DNA of 64,000 bases from Kiloniellales bacterium (GCA_041617155.1 JBFJPL010000010.1:197-64196); one strand, 5' to 3'. Counted from the stretch's first letter, positions 1 to 9,433 are shown. Numbers and translations are program-made. Notes: generated from the sequence alone by a model not told the origin.

Positions 1-2422
1 CGCGGCCCTCGCCCTGCCACCAGATGCACAGTTTGTCGTCCCGCCAGCCGTCGACCACCCCGGTGTCGACCAGATCGCCGATGCGGCTGGTGGCCATGCC
101 GTCCCGGGCGATCGAGATCCAACGGTCCTGGCCCGACTGGGCGTCGGTGCCCTTGATCGTACGCCCGACATAGACCGCCCTGAGATCGGCGCCGCGCACC
201 AGGTCGGGTGAACCCGGGTCGAAGCCCCAGGGGATCTCCTCCAGGCCGGCCTTGCGCAAACCGGCGCGGAACTGGCGGCGGATTTTCTCCGACTTGAAGG
301 CCCAGCTGTCGACCGAGAGAACGCTGTAGCTCCACGCCTCCGCCCTCTGCTTGGTCTTGATCCGCTCGATCTCGGCCTGCGCTTCGTCGGCCTTGCCCAA
401 TTGGCCATAGGCCGCGGCCAGGTACATGTGCGTGTCGGTGAAATCGTCGCCGACCTCTAACGCCAGCCTGAACTGCTCGGCCGCCTGCTCGAAGCGGCCT
501 AGATGATAGAGCACCTGCCCGCGCCGCCAGATGAAGCTTTTCGGATTGAGCGGATCGAGCCGCGCGCCCCGTTCCAGCACCTCGAGCGCCTCGGCGGGAC
601 GGCCGGTATAGAGATAGGCCTTGACCATGGCATCGTAGCTGTCGGCATCGGCCATGCCCGAGGCGATCGCTTTCTTGGCCGCCGCGAAACCCTGCTCGTA
701 TTCACCGCGGATGTAATGCACGTGAAGCGCGACGCTATGGGCAAGGGGCGTCGGGTGCTTCATGGCCCGGCGCAGGTAGTGAACCGTCAGATCCATTACC
801 TCCTTCTGCGTCAGCCCCAGCGACTTCTGCCATCCGGCGGCGAAGGTGAGCCAGTAGACATGGGCAAGCGCGGCATAGGCACGGCCATAGCCGGGATCGA
901 GCTCGATCGCCCGCTCCAGATGGGCGATCGCCTTGGCGTGTTCCGTCGCGTCGTAGATCCGGGCGTACTGCCAGCCGCGCAGAAACGCATCGTAGGCCGC
1001 CGGGTTGCCGGTCAGGGCCGAGGCCACGCCTGCCCGCATCCCGGCGGGCAGAGTCATCCCGAGCGCGGCCGCGACATCGCGCGCTATCTTGTCCTGCAGC
1101 GCGAAGACCTTGTCCAGGGAGTCGTCGTAGCGTTCGGCCCAGAGGTGGAAGCCGGAAAGGGCGTCGATCAGCTGGGCATTGACCCGCACCTGGCCCCCGG
1201 CGCGCCGCACGCTGCCCTCGAGCACGAAGCGCACGCCGAGCGCCTCGGCCACCTGCCGGATGGCGACGGGCTTGTCCTTGTAGGCGAAGCTCGAGTTGCG
1301 GGCGATGACGAAGAGGCCGTCGAGCTTGGCCAGCTCGGTGATCAGGTCATCGGTCAAGCCCTCGGCGAAGTAGTCCTGCTCTGGGTCGCGGCTCAGGTTG
1401 GCGAAGGGCAGGACGGCGATCGAGGGCCGGTCGGGCAGGGGGAAGGCCATTTTGGCCTCCGAGGCGGGTTCGACCCGCGATTCCCAGGGCCACAGCCAGG
1501 CGGCTAGGCCGCCGGCCGCGAACACGGCAAGGACCGCGGCAAGCGCCGCCCTACGCCAGCGCCACGGCCCGCGCGCGCCTGCGCCTCGCTCGTCGAAGAC
1601 GGCTTCGTTCGCGGCTTCGCCGCCGTGTTCGGAGAGGACGGGCGCGGGCCGTGAGGCCGCCGGCGCGTCCACGGCACGCGCAGCCGGTTCCGGCATGCCG
1701 TTGCGGATCGCCGCGACCAGCTGCTCTGTCTCGGCGTCCGGTTCGACGGCGAACTCGCGCCGCAACAGCTTGCGGCAGGTCTGGTACTGGCGCAGCGCCG
1801 CTTCGCGCTGCCCGGCTTGCGCGTAAAGCCGCATGAGTGTCCGGTGGGCCGGCTCGTGCGCCGGGTCCAAGGCGATCAGACGTCCGGCCAGCGCGACCGC
1901 CTCGTCGCGCAGCCCGGTCTCGGCCTGGTCGGCCAGCAGCCTGCCGAGAGCGCCGATCACGAGCCCGCGCAGGCGCGCCCGCTGGCCGCGCAGCCAGTCT
2001 TCGAAGACCGGCGCGTGGACCGCGAGCCCGGCGAGGAAATCCCCCGCGTAGAGCTCGGCCGCCTGCGCGAGGCCCTCCGGAGAGCCCTCGGCCACCAAGG
2101 CCTCGAAGGCCACGACGTCGACCTCAGCCGAGGTGGGTTCGAGGGTTACCGCGTTGCGGTCGATGGCAAGCGGCGACGGCTCGACCGCCCGGAGAGCCTT
2201 GCGCAAGGCGGTCAGCGCCTGGCGCAGGCAGCTGCGCGCATGGGCGTCGTCGCGGTCGCTCCACAGGAGGTCGGCCAACGCGCCACGTGACTGGGCCCGG
2301 CCCGGCTGCATGGCCAGATAGGCCAGAACGGCTTGTGCTCTTTGGCTTCTTAGTTCGATCCCCTCGCCGGTCGCCAGCCGGGCCTCGAACCCGCCCAGGA
2401 GTTTGAGCCGGAGCGGTGCCAT
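1..2422 (-). CDS. BTAD/SARP-type winged-helix transcriptional regulator fused to a membrane segment, a TolB-N-like module and TPR repeats (C-terminus lies beyond the window edge)
   Basis: Hand translation of the minus strand from ATG at 2422 stays open to position 1. It is absent from the ORF track because it runs off the window. N-terminus is MAPLRLKLLGGFEARLATGEGIELRSQRAQAVLAYLAMQPG...ALADLLW. This is followed by a hydrophobic segment, then FPLPDRPSIAVLPFANLS..DYFAEGLTDDLITELAKL, then TPR-like helices. The codon at 514..512 is in frame with 2422. The + strand ORF 503..1507 is its antisense shadow. Confidence 0.8.
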   Translation of the reverse strand, partial: MAPLRLKLLGGFEARLATGEGIELRSQRAQAVLAYLAMQPGRAQSRGALADLLWSDRDDAHARSCLRQALTALRKALRAVEPSPLAIDRNAVTLEPTSAEVDVVAFEALVAEGSPEGLAQAAELYAGDFLAGLAVHAPVFEDWLRGQRARLRGLVIGALGRLLADQAETGLRDEAVALAGRLIALDPAHEPAHRTLMRLYAQAGQREAALRQYQTCRKLLRREFAVEPDAETEQLVAAIRNGMPEPAARAVDAPAASRPAPVLSEHGGEAANEAVFDERGAGARGPWRWRRAALAAVLAVFAAGGLAAWLWPWESRVEPASEAKMAFPLPDRPSIAVLPFANLSRDPEQDYFAEGLTDDLITELAKLDGLFVIARNSSFAYKDKPVAIRQVAEALGVRFVLEGSVRRAGGQVRVNAQLIDALSGFHLWAERYDDSLDKVFALQDKIARDVAAALGMTLPAGMRAGVASALTGNPAAYDAFLRGWQYARIYDATEHAKAIAHLERAIELDPGYGRAYAALAHVYWLTFAAGWQKSLGLTQKEVMDLTVHYLRRAMKHPTPLAHSVALHVHYIRGEYEQGFAAAKKAIASGMADADSYDAMVKAYLYTGRPAEALEVLERGARLDPLNPKSFIWRRGQVLYHLGRFEQAAEQFRLALEVGDDFTDTHMYLAAAYGQLGKADEAQAEIERIKTKQRAEAWSYSVLSVDSWAFKSEKIRRQFRAGLRKAGLEEIPWGFDPGSPDLVRGADLRAVYVGRTIKGTDAQSGQDRWISIARDGMATSRIGDLVDTGVVDGWRDDKLCIWWQGEGR

Positions 2423-2601
2423 CGCCCCTCGATTGATCGATTCAAGAGCTTACAACCCGATATTAACGCAGTTTTCACGATTATCCCAGCCCCGAGCGAC
2501 TCGCTTCACGGGCGCCGAACGGTGGTTTCACGGCCGCGGCGTAAGATTTCAGGTTGGATCGGAACGATTGTCGAACCACGGGGGAACAACGGGGAACAGC
2601 C

Positions 2602-4116
2602 ATGAACACCCATCGCGGAAACCAAATCCTTCTGTCGGCGGCGCTGGGCGCCGGCCTGCTCACCCTGGCGTTGGCCTTTGCCGGTTCCGCCACGGCGGAC
2701 GACGACGATGACGATGACGACGACATTACCGTCGTCTATCCCACGGGCGATCCATCGGACGACGTGCCCAACGTGCAGGACGCCGTCGCTGGCGGCGGCA
2801 CGGTCCTGCTCAAGGCGACCGACCGGGACGGCAACCCGACGGCCTTCAACTTCGGTCAGGTCTTCCCCGCGACCCTGCAGGAGGCCTTTGACGCCAGGGA
2901 GGAGAACAGCGTCAACATCAGGCGGAGCGTACGAATCCGCGGTGAGAGCCTGGACGACGACTGGGCCGAGAGTGACGACGATAACGACGAGGACCTGGAC
3001 GATGAGGTTCGCACCACGCTCGAGGGCGGCTTCGAGCCGTTTCACATTGTGGCGCCCGGCATCGACGTGGTCATCGAAGGCATCGACTTCACCTGCACCC
3101 GATACAAGGCCATTTCGGTGAAGACCGGCGACCGGGTCGTTATCAGGAACAACAGGTTCGGCAAGGTCACCTTCTTCCAAACCGATTCTCCACCGCCGTT
3201 TTTTCCGGTTCCGCGGACCTTCGGCATCGCTGTTGCCGACGACACCGGGCAATTGATCTCTGTGGGGACGGCTGAGATCACCGGCAACCTGTTCGACCTC
3301 AACCCCGACCCAAGCCCCCCCTGCCCGCTTCCTGAGGATGCGTTCGATCCAGATCCCAGCCGCGAGAAGCTGGGCGATACGCGTGCATTTGCCTTCATCG
3401 GGGCCAGCGTCGATGGCACTGTGATCGTCCGCGACAACACCATCAGAAACACCGCACGTTTGGGCGTGAACTTCCTCGACCCGCTGGGCAAGGTCGAGGT
3501 GCGCGACAATGTCATCGATCTCGGTCCCTTGGCGGCGAGCCGACCCCTGGGAAATCTCGGTATTCAGTTTCAGCCCGGATTTTTCCCGCCGTTCGACCAG
3601 GAGGGCGGCCGCGCCCTCATCACGGGCAACAAGATCATTTGCAGCAATCCCGATTGCCGGGGCATCGCAGTCGGAGACACCAGCCTGCCCAGAACAGCCC
3701 GCGCCATCGTCAAACACAACCACATCGTCATGGCGGTTCCCGAGAGTGAGACCCCGGTTCTACCCTTTGCGGCGGGTATCGAGCTCTTCATGTCGAACAG
3801 CGTGGTGTCCGACAACAGGATCGAAGGACGAAGCAACTTCGCCATACTGGTCGAGGGCGATTTCGGCGACGGCGTCAACGTCAACCTGGCGAACGACAAC
3901 CGTATCGTCCGCAACAAGGTCCGCGACTTCACGCCGCTCAGCAAAGACTACTTCGGCCTGAAGCTGCCTGAGCCGGTCGACTACGCGCTGTTCGATGGCA
4001 ACGACAACCGGCTTCGGGACAGGAGCGGAACGGTTTGCCTAGGCGGTTTCACGGGCAGTAGCGGCAATGTCGTCAAGGGTGGGCTCGAGGTGGTTGTCGG
4101 TGACAACTGTCAGTGA
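2602..4116 (+). CDS. Secreted right-handed beta-helix repeat protein with poly-Asp tract (paralog 1)
   Basis: Part of ORF 2554..4116 (TTG); the in-frame ATG at 2602 gives MNTHRGNQILLSAALGAGLLTLALAFAGSATA, a signal peptide. Nine consecutive Asp follow, then a second acidic block DDDWAESDDDNDEDLDDE. Periodic IRNN/VRDN/TGNK/SDNR turns are typical of parallel beta-helix proteins. Confidence 0.85.
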   Translation: MNTHRGNQILLSAALGAGLLTLALAFAGSATADDDDDDDDDITVVYPTGDPSDDVPNVQDAVAGGGTVLLKATDRDGNPTAFNFGQVFPATLQEAFDAREENSVNIRRSVRIRGESLDDDWAESDDDNDEDLDDEVRTTLEGGFEPFHIVAPGIDVVIEGIDFTCTRYKAISVKTGDRVVIRNNRFGKVTFFQTDSPPPFFPVPRTFGIAVADDTGQLISVGTAEITGNLFDLNPDPSPPCPLPEDAFDPDPSREKLGDTRAFAFIGASVDGTVIVRDNTIRNTARLGVNFLDPLGKVEVRDNVIDLGPLAASRPLGNLGIQFQPGFFPPFDQEGGRALITGNKIICSNPDCRGIAVGDTSLPRTARAIVKHNHIVMAVPESETPVLPFAAGIELFMSNSVVSDNRIEGRSNFAILVEGDFGDGVNVNLANDNRIVRNKVRDFTPLSKDYFGLKLPEPVDYALFDGNDNRLRDRSGTVCLGGFTGSSGNVVKGGLEVVVGDNCQ

Positions 4117-4210
4117 ATGGGCATGGCCAAGCCTCGGCCAACCCGTTCCACGGCGGCTTCTTTGACATCGGAATTCGTACGAACTGATCGCTGAAAAGGG
4201 GATGACAGCC

Positions 4211-5692
4211 ATGCACATCCAATACAGAAAACGACACCTCCACGCCGCGCTTGGCGCCAGTCTCCTCGCCTTGCTGGTGGCTATTGCAGGCCCCGCCGTG
4301 GCGGACGACGATGATAACGACGTGACCGTCGTCTATCCCACCGGCATCCCCGCGCAGGATATCGGCAACATTCGGGATGCCGTTGCCATGGCGGCGGAAG
4401 GCGGTACCGTCCTGCTTCGGGCAACAGCCTTTGACGGCACGCCGACGCCCTTCAACTTCGGTCAGGTCTTCCCGGAAACCCTTGAAGAAGCCTTCGCTCA
4501 GCGTGAATTCAACAGCGTCAACATTACGAAGAGCGTGCGAATCCACGGCGAGAGTCTGGGCGATATCTGGGACGACGACGATGATGACGAGGAGGTTTCG
4601 GGCGACGCGATCCGGACAACAGTGGAAGGCGGTCTCGAGCCGTTCCGCGTTCTGGCGCCCGGCATCGACGTCGTGATCGAAGGCATCGACTTCACCTGCA
4701 ACCGCTACAAGGTCATTCAGGTGATTGCAGGCCGCCACGTGGTGATCCGAAACAACCGGTTTGGGAAGGTCACGTTTTTCGCGACCGATCTTCTTTTCGG
4801 CACGCCCCGGACCTTCGGCATCGCCGTGGTTAGCGACACCGGCGAGGAACAGATCTCCGTGGATAAGCTTGAGATCGTCAACAACGTGCTCGATCTCAAC
4901 CCCGACCCGAGCCCCAGGTGCCCACTTCCCGGCGAGGCCTTCGACCCCGACCCCAGCCGCGAGGACCTGGGAAACAAGCTCACTTTCGTGATCTTCACGG
5001 CAAACTTGGAGGGCAACAAGATCATCGCGGGAAACCGTGTTCAGAACACGGGTTTTAGAGGAATTTCGGTGATCGACAACTTTGGCACGGCCATCGTTCG
5101 AAGTAATATCCTCGAGTTGGGTCCGCTGGCCGTGGCGAACGGTAACGGGGGGATCAGCGCGCAGAACGGTATTTTCCCACCGTTCGACCGAGCGGCGGGT
5201 CGCTTTGCCATCATGAAGAACAGGATTACTTGCAGCCATCCGAATTGCACCGGCATCGGGGTGGGAGACACCACGGTGCCACGGGCAGGACGGGCCAATG
5301 TCAGGCGCAATCACGTGACCATGGCCGTGCCGGCGTCGGATGCCCCGACATCGCCCATTGCGGCCGGTCTCGATATTCTGATTTCGAACAGCGTGTTTTC
5401 CTTCAACAGGATCGTCGGGCGAAGCAACTTCGCAATCGCGCTGACCGGGGAGATCGACTTCGACGGCCCCGGACCGGCGCCTCCCGTCACCGGCTTGGCG
5501 GACAACAATCGAATCGTCTTGAACGACGTGACGGACTTTGACGCCTTCGACGTCTTCAACCCCTCCGAGGCCGACTACGTCCTGTTCGATGCCAATCACA
5601 ATTTCCTGCTTGGCAGGAGCGGCACGGTCTTCGATGCCGGCGAAGGCAACGTCATTCGGGGCGGGCTCGAGGTGGTCGGTGGAGGGAGCTGA
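4211..5692 (+). CDS. Secreted right-handed beta-helix repeat protein with acidic tracts (paralog 2)
   Basis: ORF 4202..5692. ATG at 4211 aligns with the paralog 1 start and has better spacing to AAGGGG. Signal peptide is MHIQYRKRHLHAALGASLLALLVAIAGPAVA, followed by DDDDND. It is collinear with paralog 1 (VVYPTG, FNFGQVFP, APGIDVVIEGIDFTC, LNPDPSP.CPLP..AFDPDPSRE). Confidence 0.85.
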   Translation: MHIQYRKRHLHAALGASLLALLVAIAGPAVADDDDNDVTVVYPTGIPAQDIGNIRDAVAMAAEGGTVLLRATAFDGTPTPFNFGQVFPETLEEAFAQREFNSVNITKSVRIHGESLGDIWDDDDDDEEVSGDAIRTTVEGGLEPFRVLAPGIDVVIEGIDFTCNRYKVIQVIAGRHVVIRNNRFGKVTFFATDLLFGTPRTFGIAVVSDTGEEQISVDKLEIVNNVLDLNPDPSPRCPLPGEAFDPDPSREDLGNKLTFVIFTANLEGNKIIAGNRVQNTGFRGISVIDNFGTAIVRSNILELGPLAVANGNGGISAQNGIFPPFDRAAGRFAIMKNRITCSHPNCTGIGVGDTTVPRAGRANVRRNHVTMAVPASDAPTSPIAAGLDILISNSVFSFNRIVGRSNFAIALTGEIDFDGPGPAPPVTGLADNNRIVLNDVTDFDAFDVFNPSEADYVLFDANHNFLLGRSGTVFDAGEGNVIRGGLEVVGGGS

Positions 5693-6000
5693 ACGAGACT
5701 GTTCTCTCGACAAACCGGACCAGCCATTAGCCGCCCCCCATGCAAGGGCGAAGTTGTTTTGTCCCGCCGTTGCCGGACAGGTTTTGAATTGGTGCGTTTT
5801 GCCCTTGACCTACGAGGATGGGCCACACCGCTCGACCCCCCAACACACAAATACGTCAATTCAAGACCTGACCCCAAATTTTGCATTAATGCCGGCCAGG
5901 CCCTGGTTTCGGCTTATAGTGTCCGCGAACTCGCCCTGACGGACTCCTGCATTGCCCCGGGTTCCGGACCGGCGGGCCTGTAACCATCACAGAGGCGGCG

Positions 6001-6933
6001 ATGGCGGCACTCGAGGCGTTGCTGGAGGAAACCCGCGAGGCGGTCGCCCAGCGGATCGGGACCGGCCGGGTGGCCGATTACATCCCGGCTCTGGCGCGCA
6101 TCGACCCGCACAAGTTCGGCATCGCCGTGGTCGACCTGGAGGGCCGGGTGACCGCGCTGGGCGATGCCCACGAGCCCTTCTCGATCCAGAGCATCTCCAA
6201 GGTCTTCACCCTGACCCTGGCCCTGGGCCGGCTCGGCCAGGGTATCTGGAAACGGGTCGGGCGCGAGCCCTCGGGATCGCCGTTCAATTCGATCGTGCAG
6301 CTGGAGCGCGAGCGCGGCATCCCGCGCAACCCCTTCATCAACGCCGGCGCGCTGGCGGTCAGCGACGTGGTGATATCCGGCGCCGGCGGCGCGGCGGCCG
6401 CGGTCGAGGAGATCACCGGCTTCATCCGACGCCTGGCCCAGGACCCGGCCATCGCGGTCGACCCGGAGGTTGCCGCCTCGGAAAAGGCGACCGGCTACCG
6501 CAACGCCGCCCTGGCCAACTTCATGAAAGGCTTCGGCAACCTGGAGAACCCGGTCGAGGCGGTGCTGGAGGTCTACTTCAAGCAATGCGCAATCGCCATG
6601 AGCTGCGCCCAGCTGGCGCGCGCGGCCCTGTTCCTCGCCGCCGGGGGCCGGGATCCGGTCGCCGGCCTGGAGATCGTCACCCGGCAGCGGGCCCGGCGGA
6701 TCAAGGCCCTGATGCTGACCTGCGGACACTACGACGCCTCGGGCGACTTCGCCTTCCGGGTCGGGCTGCCCGGCAAAAGCGGGGTCGGCGGCGGCATCCT
6801 GGCGGTGGTCCCGAGCCGCTGCGCCGTCGCCGTCTGGTCGCCCGGCCTCAACGCCAACGGCAACTCCCTGGTCGGCACCCTGGCCCTTGAGCAACTCGCC
6901 GCCAAGGCCGGCTGGTCGGTGTTTCTGGGCTAA
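6001..6933 (+). CDS. glsA: Glutaminase
   Basis: 310 aa with [16 protein letters not shown] (Ser-x-x-Lys) and [17 protein letters not shown], all hallmarks of glutaminase A. Confidence 0.95.
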   Translation: MAALEALLEETREAVAQRIGTGRVADYIPALARIDPHKFGIAVVDLEGRVTALGDAHEPFSIQSISKVFTLTLALGRLGQGIWKRVGREPSGSPFNSIVQLERERGIPRNPFINAGALAVSDVVISGAGGAAAAVEEITGFIRRLAQDPAIAVDPEVAASEKATGYRNAALANFMKGFGNLENPVEAVLEVYFKQCAIAMSCAQLARAALFLAAGGRDPVAGLEIVTRQRARRIKALMLTCGHYDASGDFAFRVGLPGKSGVGGGILAVVPSRCAVAVWSPGLNANGNSLVGTLALEQLAAKAGWSVFLG

Positions 6934-6974
6934 CGGAAAATCTCGGTGACAATGGCGTGTTTCACCGCGCACCG

Positions 6975-6994
6975 CCGCTCGCTCGTGCGAGCGG
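6975..6994. terminator. GC hairpin between convergent glsA and the patatin gene
   Basis: CCGCTCGC-tcgt-GCGAGCGG (8-bp stem) sits in the 102-bp gap between two convergent stop codons. There is no clear U tract. Confidence 0.4.
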
Positions 6995-7035
6995 GGGACC
7001 GGCAGATCAATCGAGTTCGAGCCCCTTGGTTGCTC

Positions 7036-8196
7036 TCAGCCCACGCCGTAATCCGGATAGGGGAAACCGGCGGGCGGGGGAATCTCCGGGTTGACGTGGC
7101 GGCGCAGGCCCGCGTCGCACACGGCGTATCCCCAATTTATGATCCTTGCCCGGTGCTTCTTGGATAGCCGCTTGAGTCTGGTGGGGGTCTCGGCGATGCG
7201 CAGCGTCTTGGCGTGCGGGCAGTCCAACGCATCGTCGAGCCGATAGTTGGCGATGTCGGTCCGGATGCCCCAATAGACGCCTTCGCGGTCGCCCGCGATG
7301 TATGACTGAATGAGCTGTCGCTTGCGCAGGCTCCTCACCTGGTTGTCGATCAGATTGAGAACCCGGTAGGCGTGCCGCGCCCAATCCTCCTTCGGCTCCT
7401 CCTCCGGCAGGGTCTTGCCTCCCGCATCGCTGACCAGAATCGTACCGTAGCGCTTCCACGCGGTCTCGAGGCCCAGGTTGTCGTACACGCCGCCGTCGGA
7501 GAGCACGACCCGCGTCGTGTAGGGTTCCTGTTGCAGGTCCTTGCCGCTATCGGGCGTGTAGGCGGACTCGTCCAGCTCCATGACCAAGGGCGACAGAACC
7601 GGCGGAAAAGCCGAGGACGCGGCGACCGCCGTTGCCAGCCGCACCGTGGGCGCCCGCACTTCACCGACGCGATAGTCGCGCATGTATGGTTTCATGAAGC
7701 GCCAGAGCGCGCCGGACTGGACGTTTGTCGCATTGATGACGAAGCGCGGCGTGTCCGGCAGATCCTGAAGCGTGGTCTTGCCGAAAAGGTGTTTGCGGTA
7801 AGCCGCTTGGATCTTGTCGCTGATGGTACCGGGAAGCAGGATGCCGCCGATGATCGACGAGGCGTCGATCGTCTCTTTCGCCAGGGAGTGAATCGGATCG
7901 GCAACCTGATCGATGAAGTCCGGTATGGACGGGGTGCCGCTGGCCATCAGGCTTTGCCATTTGAGCCCTAGTTGCGCCGCCGTTATGGAGCCGCCGGAGA
8001 CGCTGGAAATGCGCTTGACCTGCGCCAGGATGCCAGTCTCGTACAAGCGCCAAAGGGCACCCACGTGAAACAGCATGGCCCGATAACCGCCACCTGAAAG
8101 GCACAGCGCGATTCCCGGCTCGGGCGCCCGATGCACCGAACCAGTATCGATCTCCTCGACCGGGCTGCGTGTGGAAATCTCGTTCGTATCGCCCAT
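7036..8196 (-). CDS. Patatin-like phospholipase
   Basis: 386 aa. Oxyanion motif LSGGGYRAM, nucleophile elbow SSVSGGS, catalytic Asp motif SDGGVYDNLG. AGGAAGGG lies about 9 nt upstream of the ATG. Confidence 0.9.
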   Translation of the reverse strand: MGDTNEISTRSPVEEIDTGSVHRAPEPGIALCLSGGGYRAMLFHVGALWRLYETGILAQVKRISSVSGGSITAAQLGLKWQSLMASGTPSIPDFIDQVADPIHSLAKETIDASSIIGGILLPGTISDKIQAAYRKHLFGKTTLQDLPDTPRFVINATNVQSGALWRFMKPYMRDYRVGEVRAPTVRLATAVAASSAFPPVLSPLVMELDESAYTPDSGKDLQQEPYTTRVVLSDGGVYDNLGLETAWKRYGTILVSDAGGKTLPEEEPKEDWARHAYRVLNLIDNQVRSLRKRQLIQSYIAGDREGVYWGIRTDIANYRLDDALDCPHAKTLRIAETPTRLKRLSKKHRARIINWGYAVCDAGLRRHVNPEIPPPAGFPYPDYGVG

Positions 8197-8405
8197 TGAA
8201 ATTACCCTTCCTGGTATTCCGTTGAGGCTCTGGCCGAGCCGTTTGTGGCCGCCGCGAGTTCGGGGGCGAATTTATACGACTCCTGCGCTTGCACCGCGCT
8301 AAGCCGAAGCGGGAAGGCCGCTGGATAAGCAAACTCGTCCCGCCAAACTCCCATCGCCGAGCCGAAACTTCAAGGACCGGCAGTGGATTGGTTCACCTCG
8401 TGCGC

Positions 8406-8430
8406 GAAAAAGGTGTCTGACACTTTTTTC
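8406..8430 (-). terminator. A/T-flanked hairpin downstream of the 8498..9055 gene
   Basis: GAAAAAGGTGTC-T-GACACTTTTTTC forms 11 of 12 pairs. It lies 68-92 nt past the stop codon, and the symmetric A and T runs could terminate in either direction. Confidence 0.45.
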
Positions 8431-8497
8431 GCTATCAAACTTTGACGCAGGCCGCGTGCGGCCCCGGACTTCAAGCGTGTTGAGCGCCGTTGGGCAA

Positions 8498-9055
8498 CTA
8501 TCGAGCCTGCTCAAGCCATAGCTTGAATTCTTCACCCGTTAGTCGATCCCAGCCTTTCGGGCAGCCCTCTTTGAGCCGCCGCAGTATGGTCGAAGCTCCG
8601 TGGTCTTTTGGTTGAGCCGCGATCTGAAACGAAAATGCCGCCTCCGCCGGGAAGCTCAGGTTCGGGAAGGTGCAGGCAAGTGCTGCCGCGGCACCGTAGG
8701 CGCCCACCTGCGTGACGTCGCCAAACCTCTCGCGCCGATCCAGATGCAATGTTCCGCTATCATCTACCTTATCGTAGATGGTCTTTATTCCGGACATGCG
8801 ATCGAGGACCTCGTTGAGGAAGACCTGATGAGACCGGATCTGCGACTCCATCGCGAGCTGACGATTCTTGAGCCCGATGTCGGACAGGGCCTGATAGCCG
8901 GTAACGCACGAGACCAGGATGCCGGCGGAGATAGATAGCGTTGTCAGCCATCCGCGTCTTTGAGCGTCACGGGCGGAATTGGCCTCGCACTGTAGTTTCT
9001 CGATCTCCGCCTCGATCTTTCTGCGCTCCAGCTGTTCGTCGGTGTTGGCAATCAT
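8498..9055 (-). CDS. Hypothetical membrane protein with N-terminal coiled-coil-like segment
   Basis: 185 aa. ACGGAGG lies 8 nt upstream of the ATG. There is a charged heptad-like N-terminus (EQLERRKIEAEIEKLQCEA) and one TM helix (LTTLSISAGILVSCVTGYQAL). I recognise no family. The local G+C is visibly lower than the window average. Confidence 0.6.
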   Translation of the reverse strand: MIANTDEQLERRKIEAEIEKLQCEANSARDAQRRGWLTTLSISAGILVSCVTGYQALSDIGLKNRQLAMESQIRSHQVFLNEVLDRMSGIKTIYDKVDDSGTLHLDRRERFGDVTQVGAYGAAAALACTFPNLSFPAEAAFSFQIAAQPKDHGASTILRRLKEGCPKGWDRLTGEEFKLWLEQAR

Positions 9056-9291
9056 CGTGAAGACCTCCGTTTAGGGCAGTCCGGCATTCGCGGCATTCGA
9101 ATCAGAGTCGGAAACGGGGCCAGCATTCAGCAATGACGGCCCATCCGTGGCCGCTGACCGCAGCGAGCGAAGCGCTCCGCCGACGTCGGCGTGCCCACCG
9201 CGACCAGAGCCTAGTTCCCCTGGCGGCAGCCCGAAAGTGCGTCCGCCAAGACCTGTCGCAGCAGCTAGAGCGGGATGATTTTACGCGGCAT

Positions 9292-9399
9292 CGCTCAAAC
9301 TTTGACGGTCACCACCGGGCTTGACCCGGTGGTCCAGGGCCATAAGTGCGGCCGCTCATCGCTGGAACCCTGGATGCCCGTGTCAAGTCCGGGCATGAC
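9292..9399. repeat. REP-like intergenic element (family 1)
   Basis: CGCTCAAACTTTGACG is followed by hairpin ACCACCGGG-cttga-CCCGGTGGT, then TGCGGCCGC, then CCCTGGATGCCCG-tgtcaagt-CCGGGCATGAC. The last module recurs at 25651..25690. Confidence 0.6.
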
Positions 9400-9433
9400 T
9401 CTGATGAATGAACCAACTTTACCGCATCCCGCT

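Noticed and set aside
503-1507. Long ORFs antisense to, or frame-shifted against, real genes. Examples are 503..1507 +, 2506..3723 -, 4073..5713 -, 5914..6972 -, 9275..10216 +, 18317..19558 +, 31503..34022 + (839 aa), 38701..40437 +, 43826..45646 +, 50657..52795 - (712 aa) and 58567..59952 +.
   Set aside because: They have the typical high-GC shadow-ORF composition: Arg/Gly/Pro/Ala-rich with no motifs. Each one overlaps a gene on the other strand or frame that has clear family signatures.
2340-2375. tRNA-like T-arm string GTTCGATCCCCTCGCC.
   Set aside because: It lies inside the well-supported regulator CDS. No acceptor or anticodon stems can be built around it. I saw no other tRNA, rRNA or CRISPR-like signals in the window.
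7036-8196. Patatin gene as the effector of a CBASS-like or other cyclic-nucleotide defence system.
   Set aside because: No cyclase/nucleotidyltransferase, sensor or other defence-associated partner is adjacent. The gene appears monocistronic and is flanked by terminator-like hairpins.
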